This document shows, piece after piece, positions 35,201 to 42,056 of a stretch of 64,000 bases of DNA (the stretch's first letter is position 1; every line of letters begins with the position of its first letter). The notes under the pieces are model-generated. The model did no database searches. It was not told the DNA's origin and saw only the letters and a program-made list of their open reading frames with translations. Source of the stretch: an uncultured Ignavibacteriales bacterium (GTDB lineage: Bacteria; Zixibacteria; MSB-5A5; GN15; FEB-12); assembly GCA_964540105.1 (NCBI GenBank), contig CAZILL010000001.1:315649-379648 (forward strand), in the 5' to 3' direction. The position numbers and the translations under genes are program-made.

Positions 35201-38055
35201 CCCGATGTGTCGGCCTGAAAGCAAAGCTGGCCGGCAGAAAATGTACCAAATGACGTCGTGATCGTCGCCGAAGGCGGGGTGATCGTGACAGCCTGGCAGA
35301 CCGGTCCCGCCGCACAGAGGGTCAGGTTGATTGGTTGGGTCGGACAAGTGATCTGGGCCCCCTGACCGAAGGTCACCGTGACATTGATCGTGTCCCGATC
35401 AGATGCACCACACGAATCAGTTACAGCGCCGACAAACTGATACGTTCCAGCCCCAGAAGGAGTGAAACAGATCTTCTTGGTCGTCGTGTCGAGCGTTCCA
35501 TAGCCAGAGATCATAGAAACAACGAGTCTGTTCAGACCCTGAGGGTCGGAAAGCGTGTATGGAAGACAAATCTGCTGCGGCGCACACAATGATAGTGAAC
35601 TGTCGTTGCCGAACGCGATCGCGGGTGGGCCGTTGAGCGAAATGTTATAAGTCAGGTTGGTCGTGTCGGCCTTGCCGCATGAATCCGTGACCGAAACGCT
35701 GATCGAATAGCTGCCGGCGCCACTGGGGGTGAAGCACCAATTGCCTGATGTGGTCACCGTGCCCGATCCGCTCAGCTTGTTCCACGTGAGCGGTCCGCCG
35801 TTGACATCGCTCGCGGCAAACTGGTAGCAGACCTGCTGCGGGTCGCACTGGAAGAGCGAGACCGGCGTGATCGGGTTGACCGCCACCGGCGCCGAGTTCA
35901 TCGTGATCGTATAGGAAATCGAGGTCGTATCTTTCGTCCCGCACGAGTCCGCGACGGTCACCACCGCACTGAATAGTCCGGGTCCCGTCGGGGTGAAGCA
36001 GAATTGACCGGCAGAGGTAATGCTCCCCGAACCCGAGATCTTGGACCAGGTAAGCGTCCCGCCATCAGCATCGGTGGCGACAAACTGGTAGCACAGCTGG
36101 GTCGGAGCGCACATGTACTTCGTCACGGGCGGAGGATCAACGGCTACTGGTCGGCTGTTCAACGACACTGTGACATTGATGGTATCCTGATCGACAAGAC
36201 CGCACGAGTCGGTTGCCTTCAGAATGAATGTTGAGACACCGGAAACACTCGGCGTGAAACAGACCTGGCCACTCCCCAACGTCCCTGGGCCGGAGATCAG
36301 CTGAGATGTCTTCAGATTACCGTCGGGATCAGAGAATGTGACCGGGAAACAGATGGCCGCAGAGGTACAAAGCACCCGACTGAAGTCGGCCCCGGCATTG
36401 ACGACCGGCGGACGATTCACGATCACAGTTACATGCGTAGTGTCCGCTCCGATGTGACCGCAGTGGTCGTGGGCGGAAGCGATGATAGTGTAAACACCTG
36501 AGGTGTCAGCCTGGAAACAGGTGTCGCGAGTGCTGGGATCCGATGAGCTGCGAGCAGCGACGCCATCGATTTCAATATCACCGCTCAGACATTTGATCTC
36601 GATCTGATTATACGTGATACCGTCGGGCAGATTGATGTTCACGCCCCCCCTACCGGGATTCTGATCATTGCCGCTGATAGTGCGCACACAGGCATAGGCC
36701 GGAATACCATGACGCTTGAAAAGAAACTCTACGGTCCCGCCATTTCGGCTGCTTGAAAACATCACAAGATCTTCGTCGTCATCATCGCACGAGTTCTCGT
36801 CGTCTGAAAACTCCAGCACCGTTCGGTTCCCCGGGCCGAATTCGACCGTCCCATCACCGTTGCCGCCGTCGGGGCCTCCGGCTCCGGTGAGCGTGAATTT
36901 CAGGCCGGTTGGAGCGCCGACAAGCTGATCGGCAGAAAGCGGGGAGTTGAACCCACGCGGAAATGACCCGTAGTCAGCCACACGAGTGGCGAACTTATAG
37001 CCGGGGAGGGTCACACTCAGACCAGACTGGGTATTGATGGAAGGCACAAAGTCGCCAGAATGCAGGAGCTTCTTGCCGGAAGCGCCGCCGCCCACCTGCC
37101 ACACAAGTCCCCCAAGCTGGTTGATCTGTCTGATCTGATCGAACGAGAGCGCCGGACCGACAGCCATAATGGAATGATCATCGTCATCTTCGACGTCACA
37201 ATCCTGGTCATCAATCTGCATCGGCAGGCAGATCTGGCCGGGTGCGCAGAGACGGATGGTCGTATCCGGGGGAAGAGTCACTACCGGCGCATGGCCGTAG
37301 TTCCCAATCTCTATGCCCTGACATTCATTGGACGCAGATAGCTCTGTTCTTCTGGAAGGATCGCATGCGCTGTTGGGAGGGGAAGATAGTGCGGGCTTGT
37401 CCTCGCCTCTGAACTTGATTCGAATCGAGTAGTGCCCGGGGCTATTAGGGAGAGTCAAGCTCGCACAAGCCAGTCCGTTGGCGTCGGTTATCGCGGAGTC
37501 ATCGGCCACCTGACTGATATTGTTCCCGCAGTTGCCGCTATTGATAAAGAAGAGGATCTCGCGGCCCGGAAGCGGTGCATACGTGCTATTGCCACAATTC
37601 TCGGACAAGTAACCGCAAACATTCAGCACCTGACCCGGACAGAGGCTGTCCCCATGGAAATCTTGTGAAAACTCAAGCTTGGTATTGCAGTCCGTGAAGA
37701 TTGTCGTGGACACGATCCCCGAACTCAAGCCGGTGGCTGTAACCCGAAAGGTCTGGTCGACCCCGTCACCGGGGACTATCCAGAATGTCATGAACGCGCC
37801 GCTGGGGTCGCAGGTCACATTCCAGGGGGGCCGAGTATCGCCAACACCCGGATTGAAGACGTTCTTGACTTGGACAGTGACCATCTCATTGGGCCAATAA
37901 GCAGAGCCGGTTATGAATACCGTATCGCCGGGGGCATAATCCGCGGTGTCTGTCTTGACGATGTACGCATTGAGCTGAGCTGACTTAACGGGAACAGCGA
38001 GCGCCGCTACGCACAACAGGCACGCAACAGCAGCGAATAGAGAACGAAGTTTCAT
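29269..38055 (-). CDS. Giant (2928 aa) secreted repeat protein: Ig-like N-terminal domains, 22 tandem Cys-rich ~86-aa repeats, cohesin-like and dockerin-like modules, T9SS C-terminal sorting domain
   Basis: This is a single uninterrupted ORF with the signal peptide MKLRSLFAAVACLLCVAALAVPVKSA. The repeat consensus is N.(A/P)P....(G.D)....C....IC....A.D.(D/N)GNL......G.G......CFTP...G.Y.F...A.D.CGA...DT..V.V.L. The C-terminus is described in the sub-features below. Confidence 0.9.
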   Translation of the reverse strand: MKLRSLFAAVACLLCVAALAVPVKSAQLNAYIVKTDTADYAPGDTVFITGSAYWPNEMVTVQVKNVFNPGVGDTRPPWNVTCDPSGAFMTFWIVPGDGVDQTFRVTATGLSSGIVSTTIFTDCNTKLEFSQDFHGDSLCPGQVLNVCGYLSENCGNSTYAPLPGREILFFINSGNCGNNISQVADDSAITDANGLACASLTLPNSPGHYSIRIKFRGEDKPALSSPPNSACDPSRRTELSASNECQGIEIGNYGHAPVVTLPPDTTIRLCAPGQICLPMQIDDQDCDVEDDDDHSIMAVGPALSFDQIRQINQLGGLVWQVGGGASGKKLLHSGDFVPSINTQSGLSVTLPGYKFATRVADYGSFPRGFNSPLSADQLVGAPTGLKFTLTGAGGPDGGNGDGTVEFGPGNRTVLEFSDDENSCDDDDEDLVMFSSSRNGGTVEFLFKRHGIPAYACVRTISGNDQNPGRGGVNINLPDGITYNQIEIKCLSGDIEIDGVAARSSSDPSTRDTCFQADTSGVYTIIASAHDHCGHIGADTTHVTVIVNRPPVVNAGADFSRVLCTSAAICFPVTFSDPDGNLKTSQLISGPGTLGSGQVCFTPSVSGVSTFILKATDSCGLVDQDTINVTVSLNSRPVAVDPPPVTKYMCAPTQLCYQFVATDADGGTLTWSKISGSGSITSAGQFCFTPTGPGLFSAVVTVADSCGTKDTTSISYTITMNSAPVAVNPITPVSLFQCDPQQVCYQFAASDVNGGPLTWNKLSGSGTVTTSGNWCFTPSGAGSYSISVSVTDSCGKADTTNLTYNISLNGPPAIAFGNDSSLSLCAPQQICLPYTLSDPQGLNRLVVSMISGYGTLDTTTKKICFTPSGAGTYQFVGAVTDSCGASDRDTINVTVTFGQGAQITCPTQPINLTLCAAGPVCQAVTITPPSATITTSFGTFSAGQLCFQADTSGTYVIHLNASVPCGSSSCTLTFVVTISQPPDLVCPGSQNLFICQTGQVCIPVGGAPIATWTVTPIGSFSSGNVCFPADSSGHYVLKVKASTPCGTDSCNLIVDVTIDSKPVAVDPPTPVDTFICGAAQICRQFSATDVNGGTLTWTRLSGSGTVSGSGLWCFTASTAGAYAVLAKVSDSCGKADTVSLTYNVTLNTAPSLSLGNDTTVFMCASGPICLPFTLSDANNNITGVALLAGIGTVSTNPNQLCFTPAGTGTLQFIASATDACGATKLDTINVTVQLDNAPVANAGPDQTVFQCSALPICWPAGATDIDGNLTSVQLVTGPGTYSAGQICFTPTGTLNYEFVLKATDACGLTDYDTVVIYYTLNIPPVAHAGPNQTLFQCVPTQICWPVSCTDANGNLAGCSLISGVGSYSAGQICFTPTVSGTFSFIMEATDACGAIGLDTAVITVTLNSAPVCAVPRDTTIWQCVPTAICLPASATDADGNLKSCQIIAGPGTLSGGNWCYTPSASQLVTVQLRCEDSCGAFCESSFNVQININRPPTIAFAQHAPVFLCASAQICLDYAASDPDAPQGRTVSLVSGSGTLDTLASRVCFTPPASGTYTFIIKIEDACGATDQDTSSVVVTLNSAPTASAGPDQTLFQCTAAQICWPASCQDVDNNLIDCALTGPGSYDGTSICFTPTASGTYQFILTATDACGATKSDTTLIAVTLNASPTIAFGNDTTLALCLPQEICLTYSATDPNGSSGLSEYMVSGYGAIDTAANKVCFTPTAAGVYQFIIKTIDPCGAIGLDTAKVTVTFGDLADIACPTGPIAASLCGPGQVCQQLTITPPSATLTLSYGTYSGGTLCFQADTTGTYQITVIASTTCGADTCQLTFSVNIGGAPQLTCPAPQSKFLCQAGPICVPVGVVGQGSTVTVSPIGTYASGDLCFPADTAGHYVLKIKATTSCGSDSCFVTVDVTLNAPPVATNPNPAVRDTFLCVAGQVCYQFLATDPNGGSLVWTKLSGDGTLTVGGLWCFTTSAAGFYSAVVKVQDSCGAADTASITYNVAMNTAPAILFTSAYNPYSVFVCSSQQVCLPYTVTDLQNNVTLEALLSGIGAVDTAQNKVCFTPPTAGTYVFTIGATDACGATGHDTLAVVVSMNHPPVVNAGSDQTLFQCSPTQICWPVSSSDPDGNLDSTKLIVGPGTYNGTTICFTPSSAGTFTFVLQAKDQCGAIAVDTAKIIVTMNSAPICNLPNDTTFFQCVPTQVSMAVSATDPNNNFDHCEIVTGPGSIVNGFWVYTPSVTETRKVVIQCLDLCGSVCKDSFTVNFRINSAPIVSAGKDTTYFLCNSTTLCWNVSASDPDNNLSTVELISPLGTYNPTTHQICYQAPFTSGQTTQYAFVVKATDACGAVKYDTTAIIVTSNSAPVVLGPPDFTAYLEQVGQLCFDVDIHDVDGNLSNYGVTPIGSYNPITHQVCFNADSTGHYCLYITATDMCGLTKTDTVCIQVVVDECIHVQIEKTHKVYQGQHNLVNIFLNGSGKKLGGFDFLIAYDVSALTPSIVNPGSLFQGCGWEYFSYRFGPNGNCATCPAGLIRIVGLAETNNGAYHPGCFFDGQVGSLATIDFLVSNDRNLNCLFAPVWFYWTTCNDNSLSSKNGDTLWVERKVFDFELNNITNHGYGLPGSLGIPDICLTNPGFGKPGPQRCVDFTNGGVDIICDTAIDARGDLNLNGIAYEVADVVMFTNYFIHGLSAFGNAQQQQGAIAASDVNGDGMPLGVADLVYLIRVLVGDASALPKLDPSVTFEATVDVSDGILEVSKSNTRIGAMFIILEGEVHPELHPEASDMELLSNYDGKETRVLVYNSKGKSSLGSGPVLYLNGAKSVKSVELGSFDGAVMKTTVSTLPDHYSLSQNYPNPFNPMTTIEFALPAAGSWRLVVYNVLGQEVNSWSNEKADAGYYKIQWDASRHASGVYLYRLTSGGFSATKKMVLLK
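29272..29529 (-). other. Type IX secretion system C-terminal sorting domain (aa ~2843-2928)
   Basis: LSQNYPNPFNPMTTIEFALP...WRLVVYNVLGQEV...GVYLYRLTSGGFSATKKMVLLK matches the Por-secretion-tail pattern. Confidence 0.8.
29881..30714 (-). other. Cohesin-like module followed by dockerin-like double EF-hand segment (aa ~2448-2725)
   Basis: The cohesin-like signature is LGGFDFLIAYDVSALT. Two dockerin-type Ca-binding repeats follow: DLNLNGIAYEVADVVMFTNYF and DVNGDGMPLGVADLVYLIRVLVG. Confidence 0.6.
30715..36417 (-). repeat. Tandem array of 22 divergent ~80-92-aa domain repeats (aa 547-2447 of the giant protein)
   Basis: I set the repeat boundaries by hand from the translated sequence. Every unit keeps at least 4 Cys (..C....(I/V)C.. 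and ..CF(T/Q/P).. ..D.CG..), except repeats 20 and 22, which have lost some. Similarity is visible at protein level only, not as exact DNA repeats. Confidence 0.85.
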
Positions 38056-38357
38056 GGGGCCGTCCTATATAGACACAACATTTTTCTCGAGAATAAAAAA
38101 GAGGGGAGAGTCGCCGCCATGCTATCCGCGCTATCCGCGCAACACGTCGCAAATAGCTGCGTGCGATGTGACATGGATGATACGACTATCGTTGAATGAC
38201 TTTGATACGAAGCGAACCGTGAGCAAATGCCCATGTTCTCTCCCTGTGCTTACCTAATTTATATCAGTCCAGTATTGAGTGCACCAATCGAGGTATTAGT
38301 CCTGTTGTCGAACCCGCGAGCACCTGAGTCCGAGTGCACTACAACTATCTACTGGTA

Positions 38358-38386
38358 ATGATAACCTGCGGACTTAGGTCTGTCAA
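38358..38386 (-). promoter_or_regulatory. Near-consensus sigma70-like promoter (TTGACA-N17-TATCAT) about 300 nt upstream of the giant gene
   Basis: Read on the minus strand, TTGACA lies at 38386-38381 and TATCAT at 38363-38358 with a 17-nt spacer. It sits in the 528-nt thyX/giant-gene spacer. Confidence 0.4.
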
Positions 38387-38583
38387 GGGGAAAACGGCTA
38401 AACAGCAAGGTTTTTTGGAGTTAAGAGGTGAGAGATAGAGTCAGCGCCGGAGATATTGGACATAATAGGTCAATGTATTACTGAATCTCTTGATCGATTT
38501 GTCGGAAACGCTTCAGGTCGCAATGTCAGTCCCCGCGTAACTCGTTGTCTTATAGTGAATACGAATAATCGCTCGACGCGCGG

Positions 38584-39444
38584 CTACTTTGTCTTTAGCC
38601 CCCTGATCTTGTCGGCAAGCTCCGTTGCTTCTCTCTTTGAGAGACCCCGACCGACAAGCGCCTCAATGCCCAGATCAACTCCGGTGAAATGCGCAGCCAG
38701 GATTTCCATCTCCGGCCCACTGAAACTCAGCGAATTGACGTAGTAATCGATAAATGCTTCGTAAGCGAGGGGACAGACTCCTCTGACCATATCCGCCATA
38801 ATCACGGCATAGGCGCGAATCTCCTTCTGGGCATGTGAGTCCAGACGTAACCTCAGGAAATGAAACAGGTTGTGGAGATCTATCTTCCAGTACCATTCCG
38901 TATAGAGCGACAAGGGGAGGTTTATTCGTGCCAACTCACGCGCGATATTGTCACCGAGGGCGCCCTGATACTCGGCGTACGCTCTTTCCTGCAGCTGTTG
39001 GAGCGATTCGAGGAAGGCGGTCCTGATTGATTCCGGAAGTTCCTCTTCCGAGCGCCCCTGCTTGTTTTGCTGCGACTGAGTCTGAATGTCCTCCAACTTC
39101 GGCCGATAGAATTCATCCTTCATAACCGAATAGCGACCCGAGTACTCATTGACATTCGCTGAGCGGTGGCGAATCCATTGCCGCGCGACAAAAATCGGAA
39201 GCTTGACATGGAATTTGAATTCAACCATCTCGAATGGGGTCGTGTGACGATGCCGCATGAGATACCGAATTAGTCCGCGATCTTCCTGGACTTTCTTTGT
39301 TCCGTCGCCGTAACTGACCCGAGCCGCCTGAACAATCGCATCGTCATTGCCCATGTAGTCAACAAGACGAACAAAGCCATGATCCAGGACCTTGAATTCT
39401 CTATCGAGCAGACTGTCGGCCACTGCTGAATGCGCTTTTCCCAT
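38584..39444 (-). CDS. thyX: FAD-dependent thymidylate synthase
   Basis: The ThyX signature RHRSANVNEYSGRYS (RHRxxSxxxxSxR) is present, and overall length and motifs are typical of ThyX. Confidence 0.9.
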   Translation of the reverse strand: MGKAHSAVADSLLDREFKVLDHGFVRLVDYMGNDDAIVQAARVSYGDGTKKVQEDRGLIRYLMRHRHTTPFEMVEFKFHVKLPIFVARQWIRHRSANVNEYSGRYSVMKDEFYRPKLEDIQTQSQQNKQGRSEEELPESIRTAFLESLQQLQERAYAEYQGALGDNIARELARINLPLSLYTEWYWKIDLHNLFHFLRLRLDSHAQKEIRAYAVIMADMVRGVCPLAYEAFIDYYVNSLSFSGPEMEILAAHFTGVDLGIEALVGRGLSKREATELADKIRGLKTK

Positions 39445-39631
39445 GTTCTTCCCTGGTCCCAGTTATCCTCTGAACACCTGTGCGAGAGGAATATATGGCG
39501 GCTCAGCGCGCGGCTCAATCGTTTTTGTCGACAGCAGATTGCTTTTGCTCACCCCATCCCCTATTATGCCGCACGACGAGTCTTGTTCGATCAAGGCCCG
39601 GAGACCCGGATACTTATGTAAGGAGATCTTT

Positions 39632-41149
39632 ATGACACCCCAACAAGCGTATGATGAACTGATCCAGAAGAACAAAGAGATCGCGATCCTTGGATCGTGC
39701 GGCTCCATGTTGTCCTGGGATCAGCGAACCTATATGCCGCGCGGCGGTTCTGAGCACCGCTCGAATCAGCTCAGCTTGATCGCAGGCATGAGCCATGCCA
39801 AGTTCACCGACCCGCGCATAGGAGAACTTCTCTCGACAATCGAGCAGTCCGATCTGGTGAAAACGCCCGATTCCGACGCCGCCGCAAATGTCCGCGAGAT
39901 TCGCCACCTGTACGACAAAGCCACCAAGTTGCCTCAGAAGCTGGTCGAAGAGCTGGTGCGGGTGACCTCGCTGGCCGAAACCGAGTGGGAAACAGCCCGA
40001 CATAAGCGGGATTTCGCCCTGTTCAAGCCTTGGCTGGAGAAGATCGTCGATCTGACCCGACAGGTTGCCGAAGCGTATGGATACAAGGGAGAACCGTATA
40101 ATGCGCTCCTGGACAACTACGAAACCGGCGCCACGGTCGCCGAGATCGTCAGCGTGTTCGAGCCCTTGCGCGTCGAGCTGGTTGAACTCATCGCCAAGAT
40201 CAAAGAGGCTCCGAAACGCCCCGATGTGAGCATCGTAGAGAGAGCGTACGACGTGGAACGGCAGCGGCTCTTCGGCGAAAGCGTAGCCGCTGCGATCGGT
40301 TTCGACTTCCAGCTGGGGCGCCTCGATGTCACTACCCACCCGTTCTGCTCCGGCATGGGAGCCGGTGATACCCGGATCACGACTCGATACAATCCAAATC
40401 GTCTCAACGACGCCCTTTTCGGGATCATGCACGAAGCGGGTCACGCGCTGTATGAAATGGGGCTGGACAAGAAGAAGCACTTCGGCACGCCTTTGGGAGA
40501 GGCAGTTTCTCTCGGATTCCACGAATCCCAGTCTCGGATGTGGGAAAATCAGGTGGGGCGCTCGAAGTCGTTTTGGGCCTATTTCCTGCCTCAGGCCAAG
40601 AGGATGTTCCGGGAATCACTGACCGGGGTCAGTCTGGACGACTTCTACGGAGCCATCAACGATGTCCGCCCGTCGTACATTCGCGTCGAGGCCGACGAAG
40701 CCACCTACAACCTGCACATTCTCCTTCGTTTCGAGCTGGAACGCGCCATGATCAAGGGGGATCTGAAACCGGCCGACGTGCGGAGTGAGTGGAACAGCCG
40801 CTTTGAAAAATACTTCGGGATGAAAGTCGACCATGATGGGAACGGATGCCTTCAGGATGTCCATTGGTCGGCGGGACTTATCGGGTACTTCCCAACGTAC
40901 ACGCTCGGAAACCTGTATTCCGCACAGTTCTTCGCCAAAGCCAAAGCCGACATTCCTGACCTGATGGGGCTGTTCGAGCGCGGCAACTTTGCCCCTCTCC
41001 TGCAATGGCTTCGCGACAATATCCACAAGCACGGCCAGCGCTATCGCGCGAAACAACTGGGCGAGAAGATAACCGGACAGCCCTTGTCCCATAAGCCGCT
41101 CATGCAATATATGTACGCCAAGTACGGAGAAATCTACGGTATCAAGTGA
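39632..41149 (+). CDS. M32 family carboxypeptidase (Taq-type)
   Basis: The ATG at 39632 follows an AAGGAG RBS. Motifs present are HEAGHALYE (HEXXH), HESQSRMWEN, IRVEADEATYNLHI and GCLQDVHWSAG..GYFPTYTLG. Confidence 0.9.
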   Translation: MTPQQAYDELIQKNKEIAILGSCGSMLSWDQRTYMPRGGSEHRSNQLSLIAGMSHAKFTDPRIGELLSTIEQSDLVKTPDSDAAANVREIRHLYDKATKLPQKLVEELVRVTSLAETEWETARHKRDFALFKPWLEKIVDLTRQVAEAYGYKGEPYNALLDNYETGATVAEIVSVFEPLRVELVELIAKIKEAPKRPDVSIVERAYDVERQRLFGESVAAAIGFDFQLGRLDVTTHPFCSGMGAGDTRITTRYNPNRLNDALFGIMHEAGHALYEMGLDKKKHFGTPLGEAVSLGFHESQSRMWENQVGRSKSFWAYFLPQAKRMFRESLTGVSLDDFYGAINDVRPSYIRVEADEATYNLHILLRFELERAMIKGDLKPADVRSEWNSRFEKYFGMKVDHDGNGCLQDVHWSAGLIGYFPTYTLGNLYSAQFFAKAKADIPDLMGLFERGNFAPLLQWLRDNIHKHGQRYRAKQLGEKITGQPLSHKPLMQYMYAKYGEIYGIK

Positions 41150-41179
41150 GGTCGCGGCGACGACTGAAGATCACGAACA

Positions 41180-41218
41180 GGGCGGTCGACTCTACACGGG
41201 TCAACCGCCTCTTTTTTT
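41180..41218 (+). terminator. Rho-independent terminator after the M32 carboxypeptidase gene
   Basis: GGCGGT (41181-41186) pairs with ACCGCC (41204-41209), followed by CTCTTTTTTT. Confidence 0.55.
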
Positions 41219-41283
41219 GCTTGCACGATTCATGGAGCGGCGTATCTTGATCGAGTGATACCTCTACTTTCTACGGCGGGCGT

Positions 41284-41724
41284 ATGATCACTCCGGAAGT
41301 ACTGGCACAACTCGACCAGCTGCTCAAGCAGCTGGCTCAGGAAGAAACCCGCTTTCAGACGCGGGCGTGCGAGATGCTGATCGACGACCGCAAAATGGTC
41401 TCTGTGCATTCGCAGATGCTGGCGACACTGGGCGAGCGGCATAGTCACGTCAGGCTCAAGGAAGTTCACGAGGCGATGTTCAAGGTTCATCGCAAGATTC
41501 AGAAGAAGCACCAACAGGCGATTCAGCAGGGGATCATCCTTCGCGAACGAGTGCGCGAGGGGCTTTACGAGGATGCTGACCTGACCGCCAGGATTGAGCG
41601 GCTTCGGCTGCTCTTCATCAAGATCAGGGATGAACACGATGAGATGGAACGCGAGCGGATAAAGATCCTCAGCGAACACCGAGCCTACGCCAGCTCTCTT
41701 GGTCTGGGCGCTACCGAGGGATGA
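41284..41724 (+). CDS. Hypothetical helical/coiled-coil protein
   Basis: This 146-aa ORF has a charged, heptad-like composition. The antisense ORF at 41230-41679 is of similar length but has a less protein-like composition. The strand choice is tentative. Confidence 0.4.
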   Translation: MITPEVLAQLDQLLKQLAQEETRFQTRACEMLIDDRKMVSVHSQMLATLGERHSHVRLKEVHEAMFKVHRKIQKKHQQAIQQGIILRERVREGLYEDADLTARIERLRLLFIKIRDEHDEMERERIKILSEHRAYASSLGLGATEG

Positions 41725-41938
41725 CTTCCCGAAAAATCAGATATGGGATCAGCACGTAGAGAATGAGATCGCGAATCAGATAGAACAATACAAACCCCAC
41801 GACGAACCTCCACCCCAATGCCCGGACTTCTGTCCAGGTTTTCGGATATCGCATAAACCGCCGCCATCCCGCTCTCCTCTTGGTCCGGGGTAGTTCAGGC
41901 GAATCCGATGGCTCTGGCGTCGCACACGTCATCTTCAA
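41711..41938 (-). CDS. Possible small membrane protein
   Basis: This 75-aa ORF has a basic N-terminal region and a hydrophobic C-terminal half (WRFVVGFVLFYLIRDLILYVLIPYLIF). There is no supporting homology. Confidence 0.25.
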   Translation of the reverse strand: MKMTCATPEPSDSPELPRTKRRAGWRRFMRYPKTWTEVRALGWRFVVGFVLFYLIRDLILYVLIPYLIFREVIPR

Positions 41939-42056
41939 TTGCTGCCCAAACTACTTAGCACCTTCGAAACCAACCCTTTCGTTTGACGTTACAAGGGGAA
42001 CGGTTTTGTCGTATCCTTGGAAGATCGTACATTGACCATTAGAGAGCAAAGATAAG

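Noticed and set aside
38307-38315. GGGTTCGAC on the minus strand, resembling a tRNA/tmRNA T-loop, in the thyX/giant-gene spacer
   Set aside because: The flanking bases cannot form a T-stem, and no acceptor, D or anticodon arms can be drawn. It is not a tRNA-like element.
41230-41679. 149-aa minus-strand ORF mirroring the 41284-41724 plus-strand ORF
   Set aside because: The strand choice is genuinely ambiguous. I preferred the plus-strand product because of its coiled-coil-like charged composition and its position after a terminator. The minus-strand ORF would run into the M32 terminator. It is kept only as a low-confidence alternative.
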